63,248 nucleotides of DNA, filler included, from an uncultured Methanosarcinales archaeon (GCA_964405295.1; 22 parts of 22 records of this genome joined end to end with filler, not necessarily neighbours in it), one strand, 5' to 3'; counted from the first letter of the whole stretch, positions 20,961-31,958 are shown. Translations and numbers: made by a program. Notes: a model not told the origin generated them from the sequence alone.

Positions 20961-21419
20961 TTAATCGTCATCTCCTTCAATGATATTTTCTAAATATGAC
21001 CATCTACCCCACATCAATGTATCTATATCATATAAAGTCATAAGAAAGTCTAATATATGTTCATCTTTAAAATCTGAATATTTGAATGTATCATGTCTAT
21101 CTAAACTAGGATGAAATTCACCATCTTTAATCATAACTCTAATATCACATTTTTCGTCATACATTTTGTCAATTACATCTTGAATATAATCAACACTAAT
21201 CCAATTTTCTTTTAATTTATCGTTTGATTTAATTAAATTTTCTTTACCACCATCTTCATATATTATTATAGTTTCTGAAAACATATCAAATATAGTTCCA
21301 TCTGTATTATAATCTATTATAGTTCTTCTTTTAATATCAATTATTTCTAAATCATAATTATCACTAAGCCATTTGTTTACAATATGTTCATCTTCTGTAA
21401 ATATTTTAATTTGTATCAT
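20961..21419 (-). CDS. Hypothetical phage protein
   Basis: AAGGAGG RBS, abuts the downstream gene. Confidence 0.65.
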   Translation of the reverse strand: MIQIKIFTEDEHIVNKWLSDNYDLEIIDIKRRTIIDYNTDGTIFDMFSETIIIYEDGGKENLIKSNDKLKENWISVDYIQDVIDKMYDEKCDIRVMIKDGEFHPSLDRHDTFKYSDFKDEHILDFLMTLYDIDTLMWGRWSYLENIIEGDDD

Positions 21420-21798
21420 TAAAGTATCCTCCTTATTTTAAATCCACTGTTAAATCTATTTTTATAGCATTTTTAGGTAAATATATTTTACAATTANNNN
21501 NNNNNNNNNNNNNNNNNNNNNNNNNNNNNNNNNNNNNNNNTTAATTAATTAANNNNNNNNNNNNNNNNNNNNNNNNNNNNNNNNNNNNNNNNNNNNGAGT
21601 AAGCGTAAATTCGACCCCACTGTGACTATTTTAGATCCTAGGTAATAATGAAGTCATAAGAGGAATCTCATGGCTACAAGCGAAATTCAGTCGGATATTT
21701 TTGGTTGCACAGTATATAAAGATGGAGGGCTGAGTTGCCCTTCAGCATCCTCAACCCCCAATTGCTTGGTTAGTTGTCTTGGTATCAACCCTTCTGGG

Positions 21799-23598
21799 TC
21801 AGTATTTTCCGCCCCGAATAACATAGGGCTCAGTCCTCAAGGGATCTGGCTTTGCCGAACTGAGCAGGGCTTTCTTCTCACTGATATCGGAGAGATCAAT
21901 GTTCCAAGGCAGCAGCTTCTCCCAATCCTCTTCAGTGGAGCAGCTGGGAATCCTGTCCAGGAGTGCCCAGAGATAATCCACCTCGTTGAGATTATTCAGC
22001 TTCGCGTTCTGGGCAAGGGTGAACATTACACTGGAAACCTCAGCCCCTCCATCAGTATCAGAAAAGAGCCAGTTGGATGAACCCATCGAAAATGGCCTTG
22101 TGAATCGCTCGGCCAAATTGTCATCGGGCGTAGCATGGAACTCGCAAGGGTATGCTATGAGCTGGTCCCAACGGTTGAGACAATAGTTTGTAGCCTTTTC
22201 AAGCTGGCTGCCTGGAAGTGCACGGACTTTGGCATCATCGATCCATTTTTTGATTTTTTCAAAAATGGGCTGGGTCTTTTCAGTCCGCAACATGTTGAAG
22301 TCATCTTTTGTTATGGATCCTTTCCCAAACAGCTCTCGCAGTTCCGACTCCACCTTATACAATTCAGAGATATACATGAGCACACTTTTGCACTTTGACT
22401 TCGAGTTTGATTTCAGCAGGGACACAAAACCCCTGCGACCATGAGCCCAGCAAGCCAGCTTGGTGCAGTTCAAATCATTATCCTCGTCGGCGACAGCCAC
22501 GTTATAAGACTGCAGGCCATCGGTCATGAGTGTGCCTGTAAAATTAGGTAGCAGGGCGGCAAGAATCTTGGAATTTCGCTTTACATTGAATGAGAACATG
22601 ACCACGCGCCAGGAATCGGACGTGCCGACCTGGATAATCTCATAATTTTCGGTATCTGAAGCCTTTCCTTCTATATTCAGTACTCGATGGATTGTTTCAT
22701 CCATATTAATTAGAGGACAGGAAAGAAGGCTTTTCCGCAGCAACTCTATCAGAGGGCCACACCTTTTGGACGCGCTGAATATCCAGTTTTTCATATTTTG
22801 CCGCGATATTGCAAAACCCATCCTCTTGAAGTGCTGCTCTTGGCGGTAGAGGGGCATATGGTCAAGATATTTTTTGGTGATTACCTCTGCCAGAATTTCG
22901 TGGCTTATCATCGAGCCCTTGAGGATTCGTTCCGGTTGGGGGTAGACCACGACTGAATTATATTCACCATCCTCAGCCTCATAATCCTCTTCAGGTCCGA
23001 AGACTGGGAAGATATGGTTGTAGATGACTGTGCGGACCTGTTTGCCGAGCTTTTTCTCGCAACGGACGCCAATCTGCACCATAGCCTTACCCGTATTGGA
23101 ATCGATTGGTGTAATACAGTCGCCTGTATGGTCCACATCGATGATAGGAGTATTAGCAGGGAGTGTAGTGAGGTCCTGTTCCTTGTGCTCTTTGCGCTTT
23201 TTTTTGATTATCTCTGGTTCTTCGACTGCAGAGCTTTCGCTGTCATCCTGCTGGCCCTTCTCATATTCCTGATTCTGTTTCTCTACCAGGTCGAGAAGTT
23301 CAGCCTCATCGAAGAGGTTCTTGCAGTAGATATCCAGGGATTTTGATTTCTCACTAGACTTGCCGTACAGTGCGGCCTGAAACTTCTTGATCAGTTCAAG
23401 GGCATTGCGGAGAACCAGCTCCCCATGCTCCTTGGAAAACTGCAAAGCAGCATTGGAGGTGGAGAGCTTTTCGTTCTCCTTGACCACTGCTGCATATTGG
23501 GCTTTGTAGGCATCACGCTCCATCTTGAGCTTGAAAATCTCCTGGGCCATGACTTTTTCTGCCGGTTTCCCGGAGGCGTTATTGCCATTGCTAATCAT
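21799..23598 (-). CDS. tnpC: IS66 DDE transposase TnpC
   Basis: Motifs LYGKSSEK, KYLDHMPLYRQ, INMDET, LMTDG, CWAHGRR and DNLAERFTRP. Confidence 0.95.
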   Translation of the reverse strand: MISNGNNASGKPAEKVMAQEIFKLKMERDAYKAQYAAVVKENEKLSTSNAALQFSKEHGELVLRNALELIKKFQAALYGKSSEKSKSLDIYCKNLFDEAELLDLVEKQNQEYEKGQQDDSESSAVEEPEIIKKKRKEHKEQDLTTLPANTPIIDVDHTGDCITPIDSNTGKAMVQIGVRCEKKLGKQVRTVIYNHIFPVFGPEEDYEAEDGEYNSVVVYPQPERILKGSMISHEILAEVITKKYLDHMPLYRQEQHFKRMGFAISRQNMKNWIFSASKRCGPLIELLRKSLLSCPLINMDETIHRVLNIEGKASDTENYEIIQVGTSDSWRVVMFSFNVKRNSKILAALLPNFTGTLMTDGLQSYNVAVADEDNDLNCTKLACWAHGRRGFVSLLKSNSKSKCKSVLMYISELYKVESELRELFGKGSITKDDFNMLRTEKTQPIFEKIKKWIDDAKVRALPGSQLEKATNYCLNRWDQLIAYPCEFHATPDDNLAERFTRPFSMGSSNWLFSDTDGGAEVSSVMFTLAQNAKLNNLNEVDYLWALLDRIPSCSTEEDWEKLLPWNIDLSDISEKKALLSSAKPDPLRTEPYVIRGGKY

Positions 23599-23671
23599 GC
23601 CCTATAATACACTATTGCAACGATTTAGTACACTGCTTTAGTGAAAATAGGGCATCATTTTGAGGTATTTT

Positions 23672-24019
23672 TCAGCTTAAATCCCCATACAGTTCAGGGA
23701 ATTTTCGCCAGCAATCCTCACCGGAAAGGAACTGCTGTATCTGGTTTGTGGTTATCTCCAGAGCAGCCTCTTCACTCTTTGGCCAGGCGAAGGTACCCCT
23801 GGCATAGAGCTTTTTATACAAAATCCACCACCCGTTGCGGTCCCAAGTCAGGATCTTAACACCCTTACGGGTCTTGCCTGTAAACAGGAACATCTTATTG
23901 GAAAGTGGATCCAGCTCCATCTGGGCTATGACGATCTGGGACAGCTTCTGGGCCCCGCACCTCATATCCACACTTTGGGGGCATATGTAGTATTCGTAGT
24001 TTTCAAAGTCAAAGAACAT
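23672..24019 (-). CDS. tnpB: IS66 accessory protein TnpB
   Basis: Motifs VDMRCG, LFTGKTRKGVKILTWDRNGWWILYKKL and FAWP. Confidence 0.95.
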   Translation of the reverse strand: MFFDFENYEYYICPQSVDMRCGAQKLSQIVIAQMELDPLSNKMFLFTGKTRKGVKILTWDRNGWWILYKKLYARGTFAWPKSEEAALEITTNQIQQFLSGEDCWRKFPELYGDLS

Positions 24020-24422
24020 TCAGGGCCCCCAATGTGGAAAGTAGCTGCGCCAGCAGTGTTGGAGCTATGTCTCCTGCAATGTCTATGTTTGAAGCTCTCA
24101 TTCTGATTCGGATTGCGGAATCGCTTTGAGTATCGGGTAAAGGTTTTGTCTGAACATCCTTTTTTGTTACGGCAACTAGGGAGGGGAAGTCATTGGGCTT
24201 GTTGTCTGCATTGGTAACAGGGCCTCTCTCAGCCCCACGCTTGCAAGCCTCATAATGCCATTTAAGGCAATTTGTTAGATATTGCAACTCGATGCCCCTC
24301 TCTTGGGCATAATGCACCCTTGATGTGCTACCAGTATCAGAACGCCATTGTTCATAATCCTGGAGCATGAGCAGTCTGCTCTGCCGCTCTTTCTCACTTA
24401 TTGTACTTCTTTTTTTCATCAT
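24009..24422 (-). CDS. tnpA: IS66 accessory protein TnpA (HTH)
   Basis: First ORF inside the IS, overlapping tnpB, with a GGAGG RBS before ATG 24422. Confidence 0.75.
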   Translation of the reverse strand: MMKKRSTISEKERQSRLLMLQDYEQWRSDTGSTSRVHYAQERGIELQYLTNCLKWHYEACKRGAERGPVTNADNKPNDFPSLVAVTKKDVQTKPLPDTQSDSAIRIRMRASNIDIAGDIAPTLLAQLLSTLGALNVL

Positions 24423-24727
24423 ATCCTCCAACGATTGTCATTGTCGGATATTGTTCATCTATATTGTAGAGGGCTCGAATTTACGCTTACNNNNNNNNNN
24501 NNNNNNNNNNNNNNNNNNNNNNNNNNNNNNNNNNTTAATTAATTAANNNNNNNNNNNNNNNNNNNNNNNNNNNNNNNNNNNNNNNNNNNNAGTGAAGGTA
24601 GTGTTAAATTGGCTTTTATTTGAAACCATTGTACACTTTTAAAACTAATCTATGTTACAATATAGATGAGAAAACATAAGGGGAATTTTTGTCCTCTTAT
24701 AGGACTATCTTTACGGAGGTTTGTATT

Positions 24728-25483
24728 GTGAGAAAATTGTTAGTGGTTTTTATGATGGTAACAATCGTATTTTTAAGTGGATGTAGTCTATTTAGGTCTG
24801 ATTCAAAAGAAATGTTTAATTGCTTATCCGAATTTGGAAAAGAAGAAGGTTGTAATCGTACTATGTCAGAGGATATTGTTCCTCTTGGAGTTATAGATTA
24901 TATTGAGAAGGGCGAGTATGATGTATCTTTAGAAAACGCAACTGTAGAAGGTAAGATTATGCAATTGGATAATAAATTAGACCTTATAATTGAGGTAGAA
25001 TTTGATGAACTAGTAATAAGTGCTTCTATGATTGATTTGGTAGTGAACCTTGTTGAAAATTTATATAATGATGCTTTAGATAATGATGTAGAACCTCATT
25101 CAGTTGTCGTGGTTTTTAGACAATTTAATTATGATAGTATCAGCGTAGTAAAATCAGACGATACTGATGATAGTGCGTTATTTGTTTACTATCATACAAA
25201 TAATATGAACCTAAACACTGTCATTAAAGAGAAAGAGATTATTTCTTTAGTGTTTAGTTATCAAGAGTCCTATTTTATCAAATATAGATTGTCTTATGTT
25301 GAGGATACCAAAGATTACACTATTGATCCTCAATTATCTTTGAATCTTTATGGAGAAAAGAAAACAGATATTATAAATTATAATTTTTTTAGATTTAACT
25401 ATGTAGATGTTGATTTTGAGGAAAATGATTTTTATCAGGTTTTATTTGATGAGTTTCCTGAAAAGCAGTTTTCTTATGATTAA
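24728..25483 (+). CDS. Lipoprotein, function unknown
   Basis: GGAGG RBS, GTG start and signal peptide with lipobox FLSGC. Confidence 0.75.
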   Translation: MRKLLVVFMMVTIVFLSGCSLFRSDSKEMFNCLSEFGKEEGCNRTMSEDIVPLGVIDYIEKGEYDVSLENATVEGKIMQLDNKLDLIIEVEFDELVISASMIDLVVNLVENLYNDALDNDVEPHSVVVVFRQFNYDSISVVKSDDTDDSALFVYYHTNNMNLNTVIKEKEIISLVFSYQESYFIKYRLSYVEDTKDYTIDPQLSLNLYGEKKTDIINYNFFRFNYVDVDFEENDFYQVLFDEFPEKQFSYD

Positions 25484-25589
25484 TTATAAGTATAGTTAAA
25501 TGATACTAATATCATAACAAGTTGCAACTAAAAACGTTATAATGAGCCGTATCACAAATAGTTGTAACTAATGATATACATACTATAAC

Positions 25590-25615
25590 AAAGCCCTTTT
25601 GGGCTTTTTCTTTTT
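25590..25615 (+). terminator. Intrinsic terminator
   Basis: AAAGCCC-TTTT-GGGCTTT stem followed by a T-rich tail. Confidence 0.7.
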
Positions 25616-25698
25616 GATTTTATTCAACTATAGGTTGCTTTACTTCAAATAGATGATACCTTATAATTTATATGATAGTTAATATAAAGGGGGTTACT

Positions 25699-27480
25699 AT
25701 GACCTATTCATTAGTTAGTAACATGATTTACGTATACAAGGAATCATTTTCACATTCAAAGACTATTAAATTATATTTATTGGTTAATTTCGTAACAAAA
25801 ATATTGACACCATTTTTAGCGACTTTATTAACTACATCAGTTGTATTTGCATTAACAAGCGGGAAAGAATTATCATATTATTCATCAGTGATAATAGGAC
25901 TTACACTAGCAACATTGATAGTTGAAAGTCTATATTACTGGTCATATACAATGTATACTTTTGAAAATATTTACACAAGAATGTCTCGTTTTTTCTTGTT
26001 TTTGTCTGATCATCAACTGAATACGGATTATCAAAATATAGAACCAAAATCAAAAAGGAAACTGATCTCTAAAGCTTTTGAGGCGGTTGCAAGTAATATT
26101 TTTGGTATTGAGTTAATGCTTAGGAACGTTCCGTTACTAGTAATCAATATAACTGGAATGATATTCTATGGAGGATTAGTAGCTTTTTACGTACCAATAG
26201 TATTGGTTGTTCTCTTCGCAATGACAGTCATTAATTTTATTCTAACGAAAAGAGCAAACTTGTATATGGAATCAAGACGTGATGATATTAACAATCATGA
26301 ACAGCAAAAATATTATTTAACTGAAGACGTAACTAATCCTAATTATGGAAAAGACATTAGAATATATAAGTTAAAGGATTGGTTCAATAATATTCTGATA
26401 GCTTTAACAAAAGAGAGAGTAACTATTGCAAAAAAAATCGAGAAAAGATATATACTCGCTAATGTATCAAATTCAATATTTTTGCTGATTAGAGATTTCA
26501 TTGTATTCTCCTTACTAATATCGTTTGTACTAAATGGTGATATCGATATCACTACTTTCACATTCTTAACAGGTATAGTAGCTGGATTTACACTGTGGCT
26601 CAATGGTTTTGTGGAAGCTTCTAATAACTTAAGAAGTTCAACAATAGCCGTTAATGAATTCCGTAAATGCATAGATATAGAAAATGAACTTAATCATGAC
26701 GAAGGAATAGATATAAGCAATCTAAACATTCCATGCTCCATTGAGTTTAAAAATGTCTCATTCTCATATCCTGATGCAGAAAAACCTACAATTGAAAATC
26801 TTTCCTTCAAAATCAGTCCAGGAGAGAAAGTAGCTTTGGTTGGAGACAATGGAGCAGGGAAAACGACAATAATAAAACTACTAACAGGATTATATAAAGC
26901 TGATGAAGGGGAAATACTTGTAAATGGTAATGACATACATGCATTTAATATTTCTGACTATATGAATTTGTTTAGTGTTGTGTTCCAAGATTCAGAACCA
27001 CTAGCATTAACTATTGAAAATATTATAACTTGTCAAAGAAATAATGAAGTTGATAAAGAGCGTTTATACGAGGCTTTAGAAAAGTCTGGATTAAAAGAAA
27101 AAGTATTAAGTCTTGAACTCAAAGAAAATACATACTTAACTCAAATGTTTGATTTGAAAGGTGTAAGACTAAGTGGTGGAGAAACTCAAAAATTAATGCT
27201 TGCGAGAGCTTTATATAAAAATGCACCATTATTAATTTTAGATGAACCAACGGCAGCCCTAGATCCACTTGCAGAAGAAAGATTGTATTTGCTATATGAT
27301 GAGTTCACAGAAAATAATACTTCATTATTTATCTCGCATCGATTAGCATCAACTAAGTTCTGCGATAGAGTATTCCTTCTAGAGCACGGTAAAATAATTG
27401 AAAATGGATCACATGATGAATTAATCAAATTGGATAAGAAATACAAGGAAACCTTTGATATTCAAGCAATATACTATAAG
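25699..27480 (+). CDS. ABC exporter, fused permease/ATPase (3' end just truncated)
   Basis: Transmembrane N-terminal half, Walker A GDNGAGKTT, signature LSGGE, Walker B LILDEPT and ISHR. Confidence 0.95.
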
Positions 27481-27580
27481 NNNNNNNNNNNNNNNNNNNN
27501 NNNNNNNNNNNNNNNNNNNNNNNNTTAATTAATTAANNNNNNNNNNNNNNNNNNNNNNNNNNNNNNNNNNNNNNNNNNNN

Positions 27581-27649
27581 CTTCATCAGCGTAAGTATGA
27601 AAAACTTGTAAATATTAAAAAAGCATTGCTTCAAAAGATGTTTGTATAG
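27581..27649 (+). CDS. hsdS: Type I R-M specificity subunit, C-terminal end
   Basis: LHQRKYEKLVNIKKALLQKMFV* is the conserved HsdS C-terminal helix and lies directly upstream of hsdR. Confidence 0.8.
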   Translation, partial: LHQRKYEKLVNIKKALLQKMFV

Positions 27650-27665
27650 GAAGGACGGAATATGT

Positions 27666-30468
27666 ATGGCATTTGATAATGAATTAATATTTGAAAAAGA
27701 ATTGATGTCTGTTCTATCACAATATGGATGGGAAAAAGAAATCATTAAAAATCCATCAGAAGAGGATTTGCTTAGAAACTGGGCAAATATTCTATTCTCT
27801 AGTAATAGAGAGATTGACCGTTTAAACAACCAACCACTTACTGATGGAGAAATGCAACAAATTATAGAACAAATCAAATCTCAAAGAACACCGTTGAAAC
27901 TAAATGGTTTTATTAATGGGAAAACTGTTTCTATTAAAAGAGATAATCCTCATGATAAGTTACATTTTGGTAAAGAAATCAGTTTAAAAATCTATGATCG
28001 TATGGAAATTGCTGCTGGTTCTAGTAAATATCAAATAGTAAGTCAACCCAAATTTAAAACTCCTGGTATTCTGAATGACAGGAGAGGAGATTTAATGCTA
28101 TTGATCAATGGTATGCCTGTCATTCATATTGAATTAAAGAAATCAGGTATTCCAGTATCTCAAGCAGCCAATCAAATTGAAAAATATTCAAGAGAAGGCG
28201 TATTTAGGGGTCTTTACTCACTAGTGCAGATATTTGTCGCAATGACTCCAGAAGAAACATTATACTTTTCTAATCCAGGTGAAGATAATAAATTCAATCC
28301 AAACTTTTATTTCCACTGGGCTGATTTTAACAATGAACCAATCAATGATTGGAAAGAAGTAACTGCGAAGTTATTATCAATACCAATGGCACACCAATTA
28401 ATCGGCTTTTATACTGTTGCGGACAATACAGATGGATTATTAAAGGTATTACGTAGTTATCAGTATTATGCTGCGTATGCAATATCAGATAAGGTATCAA
28501 AAACAGATTGGTCTGCGAAAAACAATTTAGGTGGATATATTTGGCACACTACAGGGTCTGGTAAAACGATGACCAGTTTTAAGTCTGCTCAATTAATATC
28601 TACATCGAAAGATGCAGATAAAGTTATTTTCTTAGTAGATCGTATTGAACTAGGTACACAGTCGTTAAGAGAATATCAGAATTTTGCAAGTGAAAATGAA
28701 GATGTTCAAGCGACTGAAAACAGTAATGTGCTTGTAACAAAACTGAAAAGCAGTGATCCATCTAATACGCTAATCGTGACATCAATCCAAAAAATGAGTC
28801 GCATTAGTGAAGATGAAGATGGACTTAAAGCAAAAGATATCGAGTTGATGAAATCAAAACGTATTGTCTTTATTGTGGACGAAGCACATAGATCTACATT
28901 TGGAGAAATGCTTTATCTTATTAAAACAACTTTCCCACAAGCAATATTCTTTGGATTTACCGGAACACCAATTCACAAAGAAAATGAAAGAAATGATTCT
29001 ACCACAGCTGATGTATTTGGAAATGAACTGCATCGCTATAGCATAGCTGATGGTATTAGAGACAAAAACGTATTAGGATTCGATCCATATAAAGTAACAA
29101 CCTATAAAGATTTAGGTTTAAGAAAGATTGTAGCTTTAGAAAAATCAAAAGCTACAAGTGAAGCAGATGCTATTTCAGATCCTGCTAAAAGTGATAAATA
29201 TTATGAGTTTATCAATAACGTACCAATGGCAGGATTCTATAATGATACAGGTTCTTATATCAAAGGAATTGAAGATTACATACCAAGTTCTCAATATGAT
29301 AACCCGATACATCACCAAATGGTTGTTGAAGATATTATATCAAACTGGACAACATTGAGTCGTAATTCGAAATTCCATGCAATATTAGCGACTTCAAGCA
29401 TCAAAGAAGCAATTGATTATTATCGTTTATTTAAAGCGAATCATTCAACAATAAAAGTAACTGCACTGTTTGATCCTAGTATTGATAATAATGGGGATAC
29501 AACCTACAAAGAAGAAGGATTAGTTGAGTTGTTAGAAGATTACAATGCCAGATATGGGATGTCGTATACGTTAGGTACTTGGGGTAATTACAAAAAGAAT
29601 GTTGCTTCTAGACTTGCCCATAAAGAGCCCTATATCAGTATTGAAAAAACTCCAGAAAAACAGATTGATATTTTAATTGTTGTCGATCAAATGTTAACTG
29701 GTTTTGATTCTAAATGGATTAATACCCTTTATGTAGATAAGTTATTAAAATATGAACATATCATTCAAGCATTTTCTAGAACAAACAGACTATTTGGTCC
29801 AGACAAACCGTTTGGAACAGTGAAGTATTATCGTAAGCCACATACAATGGAAAAGAACATTGAAATATCGATAAAACTATATTCAGGAGATAAACCACTA
29901 GGACTATTTGTACCTAAACTAAAAGACAATTTAGATAAACTTAATATAATCTACAAAGAAATTGAAGAACTGTTTATAGTAGGTGATCATACGGATTTCA
30001 CCAAACTTCCAGAAGAACCACCCACTAAAGCGAAATTCTCTAAACTTTTTAGACAACTTAATGAATCACTAGAATCAGCAAAAATTCAAGGATTCAATTG
30101 GGATAATATAGAAGAAACTCCTTTCATTTTAAAAGAAGATTTAGAAATTTATTTTGTAGAGAATGATTACTTGAATTTAGCGTTGAGATATAAAGAGTTA
30201 CCAACTTCTTCAAAAGATCCAAAGTCAGAAGATGTACCATACGAAATAGATGGATATTTGACAGAAATTAACACAGGACTAATTGATACCAACTATATGA
30301 ATAGTAAGTTTGACAAGTATTTGAAAGCATTAGACAGTGGAAGTCCTGAAGAACAAGAAAAAACCTTAAATGAGCTTCATAGTACATTCGCTTCTTTGAC
30401 ACAAGAAGAACAGAAGTATGCATCTATTTTCTTAAGAGATATCGAAAGAGGAGATGCAAAAATTGTTA
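27666..30468 (+). CDS. hsdR: Type I restriction endonuclease subunit R (3' truncated)
   Basis: Nuclease motifs RRGDLMLLINGMPVIHIELK and QIEKY. Helicase motifs HTTGSGKT, DEAH, GFTGTP, LTGFD and QAFSRTNR. Confidence 0.95.
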
Positions 30469-30629
30469 NNNNNNNNNNNNNNNNNNNNNNNNNNNNNNNN
30501 NNNNNNNNNNNNTTAATTAATTAANNNNNNNNNNNNNNNNNNNNNNNNNNNNNNNNNNNNNNNNNNNNGTTATACGACATATTACTCGGAGCCGACAAAT
30601 TTATATAAAACAGAAGTCCCTTTCAGATT

Positions 30630-31076
30630 ATGAGAATAAAAGTAGGAAATTTAGATTTAACAATAAGAAAAGCAACATTGCAGGATTATAATTACTGTTA
30701 TAAATTATTTAAAAGGGATATGTACCAAGTTATTGAAAAGTACTGGGGCTGGAAAAAAGGTAAGTTTAGAAACAATTTTATTCTTTCCCAAGTAAAAATT
30801 TTAGAATATAATAACAAAAGATTTGGATTTTATCAAATATCTATAGAAAATGGAGACTATTACATCAAAGAGATTCACATTTCAAATAATCTTAAAAGGA
30901 AAGGAATAGGTTCTAAATTATTAAGTATAATACAGGATGAAGCTAAGCAGAAAGGACATAAGAAAATTTTACTTCAGGTTTTCAAAGACAATCCTGCTAA
31001 GAGATTATACAAAAGACAAGGTTATAAAGTTAAAAAAGATAAAGGGCCTTCTGTATTGATGGAAAAGAGGATATAG
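30630..31076 (+). CDS. GNAT family N-acetyltransferase
   Basis: Acetyl-CoA motif KRKGIGSKLL and NPAKRLYKRQGY. Confidence 0.9.
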   Translation: MRIKVGNLDLTIRKATLQDYNYCYKLFKRDMYQVIEKYWGWKKGKFRNNFILSQVKILEYNNKRFGFYQISIENGDYYIKEIHISNNLKRKGIGSKLLSIIQDEAKQKGHKKILLQVFKDNPAKRLYKRQGYKVKKDKGPSVLMEKRI

Positions 31077-31078
31077 TA

Positions 31079-31204
31079 TCGGCTCCTGTGTCATACGCTT
31101 CGGATTTCTTTCAGAAATCCTTGGGGTCGCTACGCTTCTCACTTCGTTCGACCCTCGTATAACAGTAATTTGCCAAGTTATACGTAATATTAATCGGTCA
31201 GCCC
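31079..31204 (+). repeat. Structured junction between units 1 and 2
   Basis: In order: TCGGCTCC, CTGTGTCATAC, hairpins at 31102-31120 and 31124-31154, CGTATAAC (31156-31163), a 13-nt spacer, GTTATACG (31177-31184) and GGTCAGCCC. Confidence 0.85.
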
Positions 31205-31242
31205 TCAGAAGATTTAAATATATATAAGAATTTTTTAGAATT

Positions 31243-31674
31243 ATGGATGAAAAAAATATCAAAGAAATTTTGCAAATCATTCTAGATTGTCTTCAAGATA
31301 AAGAATTTGTTTGGAGACTTGAAGGAAGTGCTAATCTAAAAATTCAAGATGTTGATATTTCTGTTCAAGATTTAGACATCACCACAAATAATAATGGAAT
31401 TGAAATTTTTAGAGATGCCTTGAAGAAATATATTGTTAAAGATTTTTTCAGTCAAAAGATAAATGGTTACTCAATAGTCTGCGACATTAATAATTTTGAA
31501 GTTGAGATAAATTCCTATGGTGACAGAGAATTGGATATGTTTGATAAGACTGAAAAAATCTCATGGAATGATTTGCAAATTCCGATTTTACCTTTAGAAT
31601 ACGCTAAAAAATTCTATGAATTAATTAATCGAAAAGAAAAAGTTGATCTAATATCTAAGCATTTAACGGGCTGA
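31243..31674 (+). CDS. Pol-beta-superfamily nucleotidyltransferase-like protein
   Basis: WRLEGSANL...VQDLDIT contains the GS and DxD motifs. Confidence 0.7.
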   Translation: MDEKNIKEILQIILDCLQDKEFVWRLEGSANLKIQDVDISVQDLDITTNNNGIEIFRDALKKYIVKDFFSQKINGYSIVCDINNFEVEINSYGDRELDMFDKTEKISWNDLQIPILPLEYAKKFYELINRKEKVDLISKHLTG

Positions 31675-31733
31675 CCTGTGTCATACTGTGCCTACGCTTC
31701 GCTTCGGCATTTTTCTTGCAGAAAAACGTATAA

Positions 31734-31958
31734 CAGCCAAATTTACAATGTGAAGATTACTTGGCAATTCTTACAAAAAATGAAATAATTCCTGTTGACT
31801 ACACACCAGAAGATTGTAGAGCATTAGTCAAGAAAGCATTTGTTGATAGAAATTACAGAGAGCAAGAATTAATACAACAAGCTTCCAGTTTTAGAACTGA
31901 TGGCAGAGCCACAGAAAGAGTAACAGATTTAGTTTATCAACTTCTTGAAAGCAAATAA
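31734..31958 (+). pseudogene. 3' fragment of a gene (GT-B / sugar-epimerase-like C-terminus) beginning at the unit-2 right end
   Basis: The frame is open from 31734, immediately after the TAA in CGTATAAC, has no ATG, and ends DGRATERVTDLVYQLLESK. Confidence 0.45.

Larger units (their letters stand above)
21599..24490 (-). mobile_element. Complete IS66-family insertion sequence (2892 bp)
   Basis: Terminal inverted repeats GTAAGCGTAAATTCGA (16/16) at 21599 and ending at 24490, with tnpA-tnpB-tnpC organisation. Confidence 0.95.

Noticed and set aside
27533..27877. ORF-track entries that run into X residues or end in LIN/N
   Set aside because: They cross the linker. Real genes were trimmed to contig edges, and antisense ones such as this were discarded.
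31156..31184. Junction as a Xer dif/pdif site or a canonical attC
   Set aside because: dif sites have 11-bp arms around a 6-bp spacer, whereas here 8-bp arms flank 12-13 nt. Canonical attC needs L boxes and a longer stem between AAC and GTT. A distant relationship to attC is not excluded.
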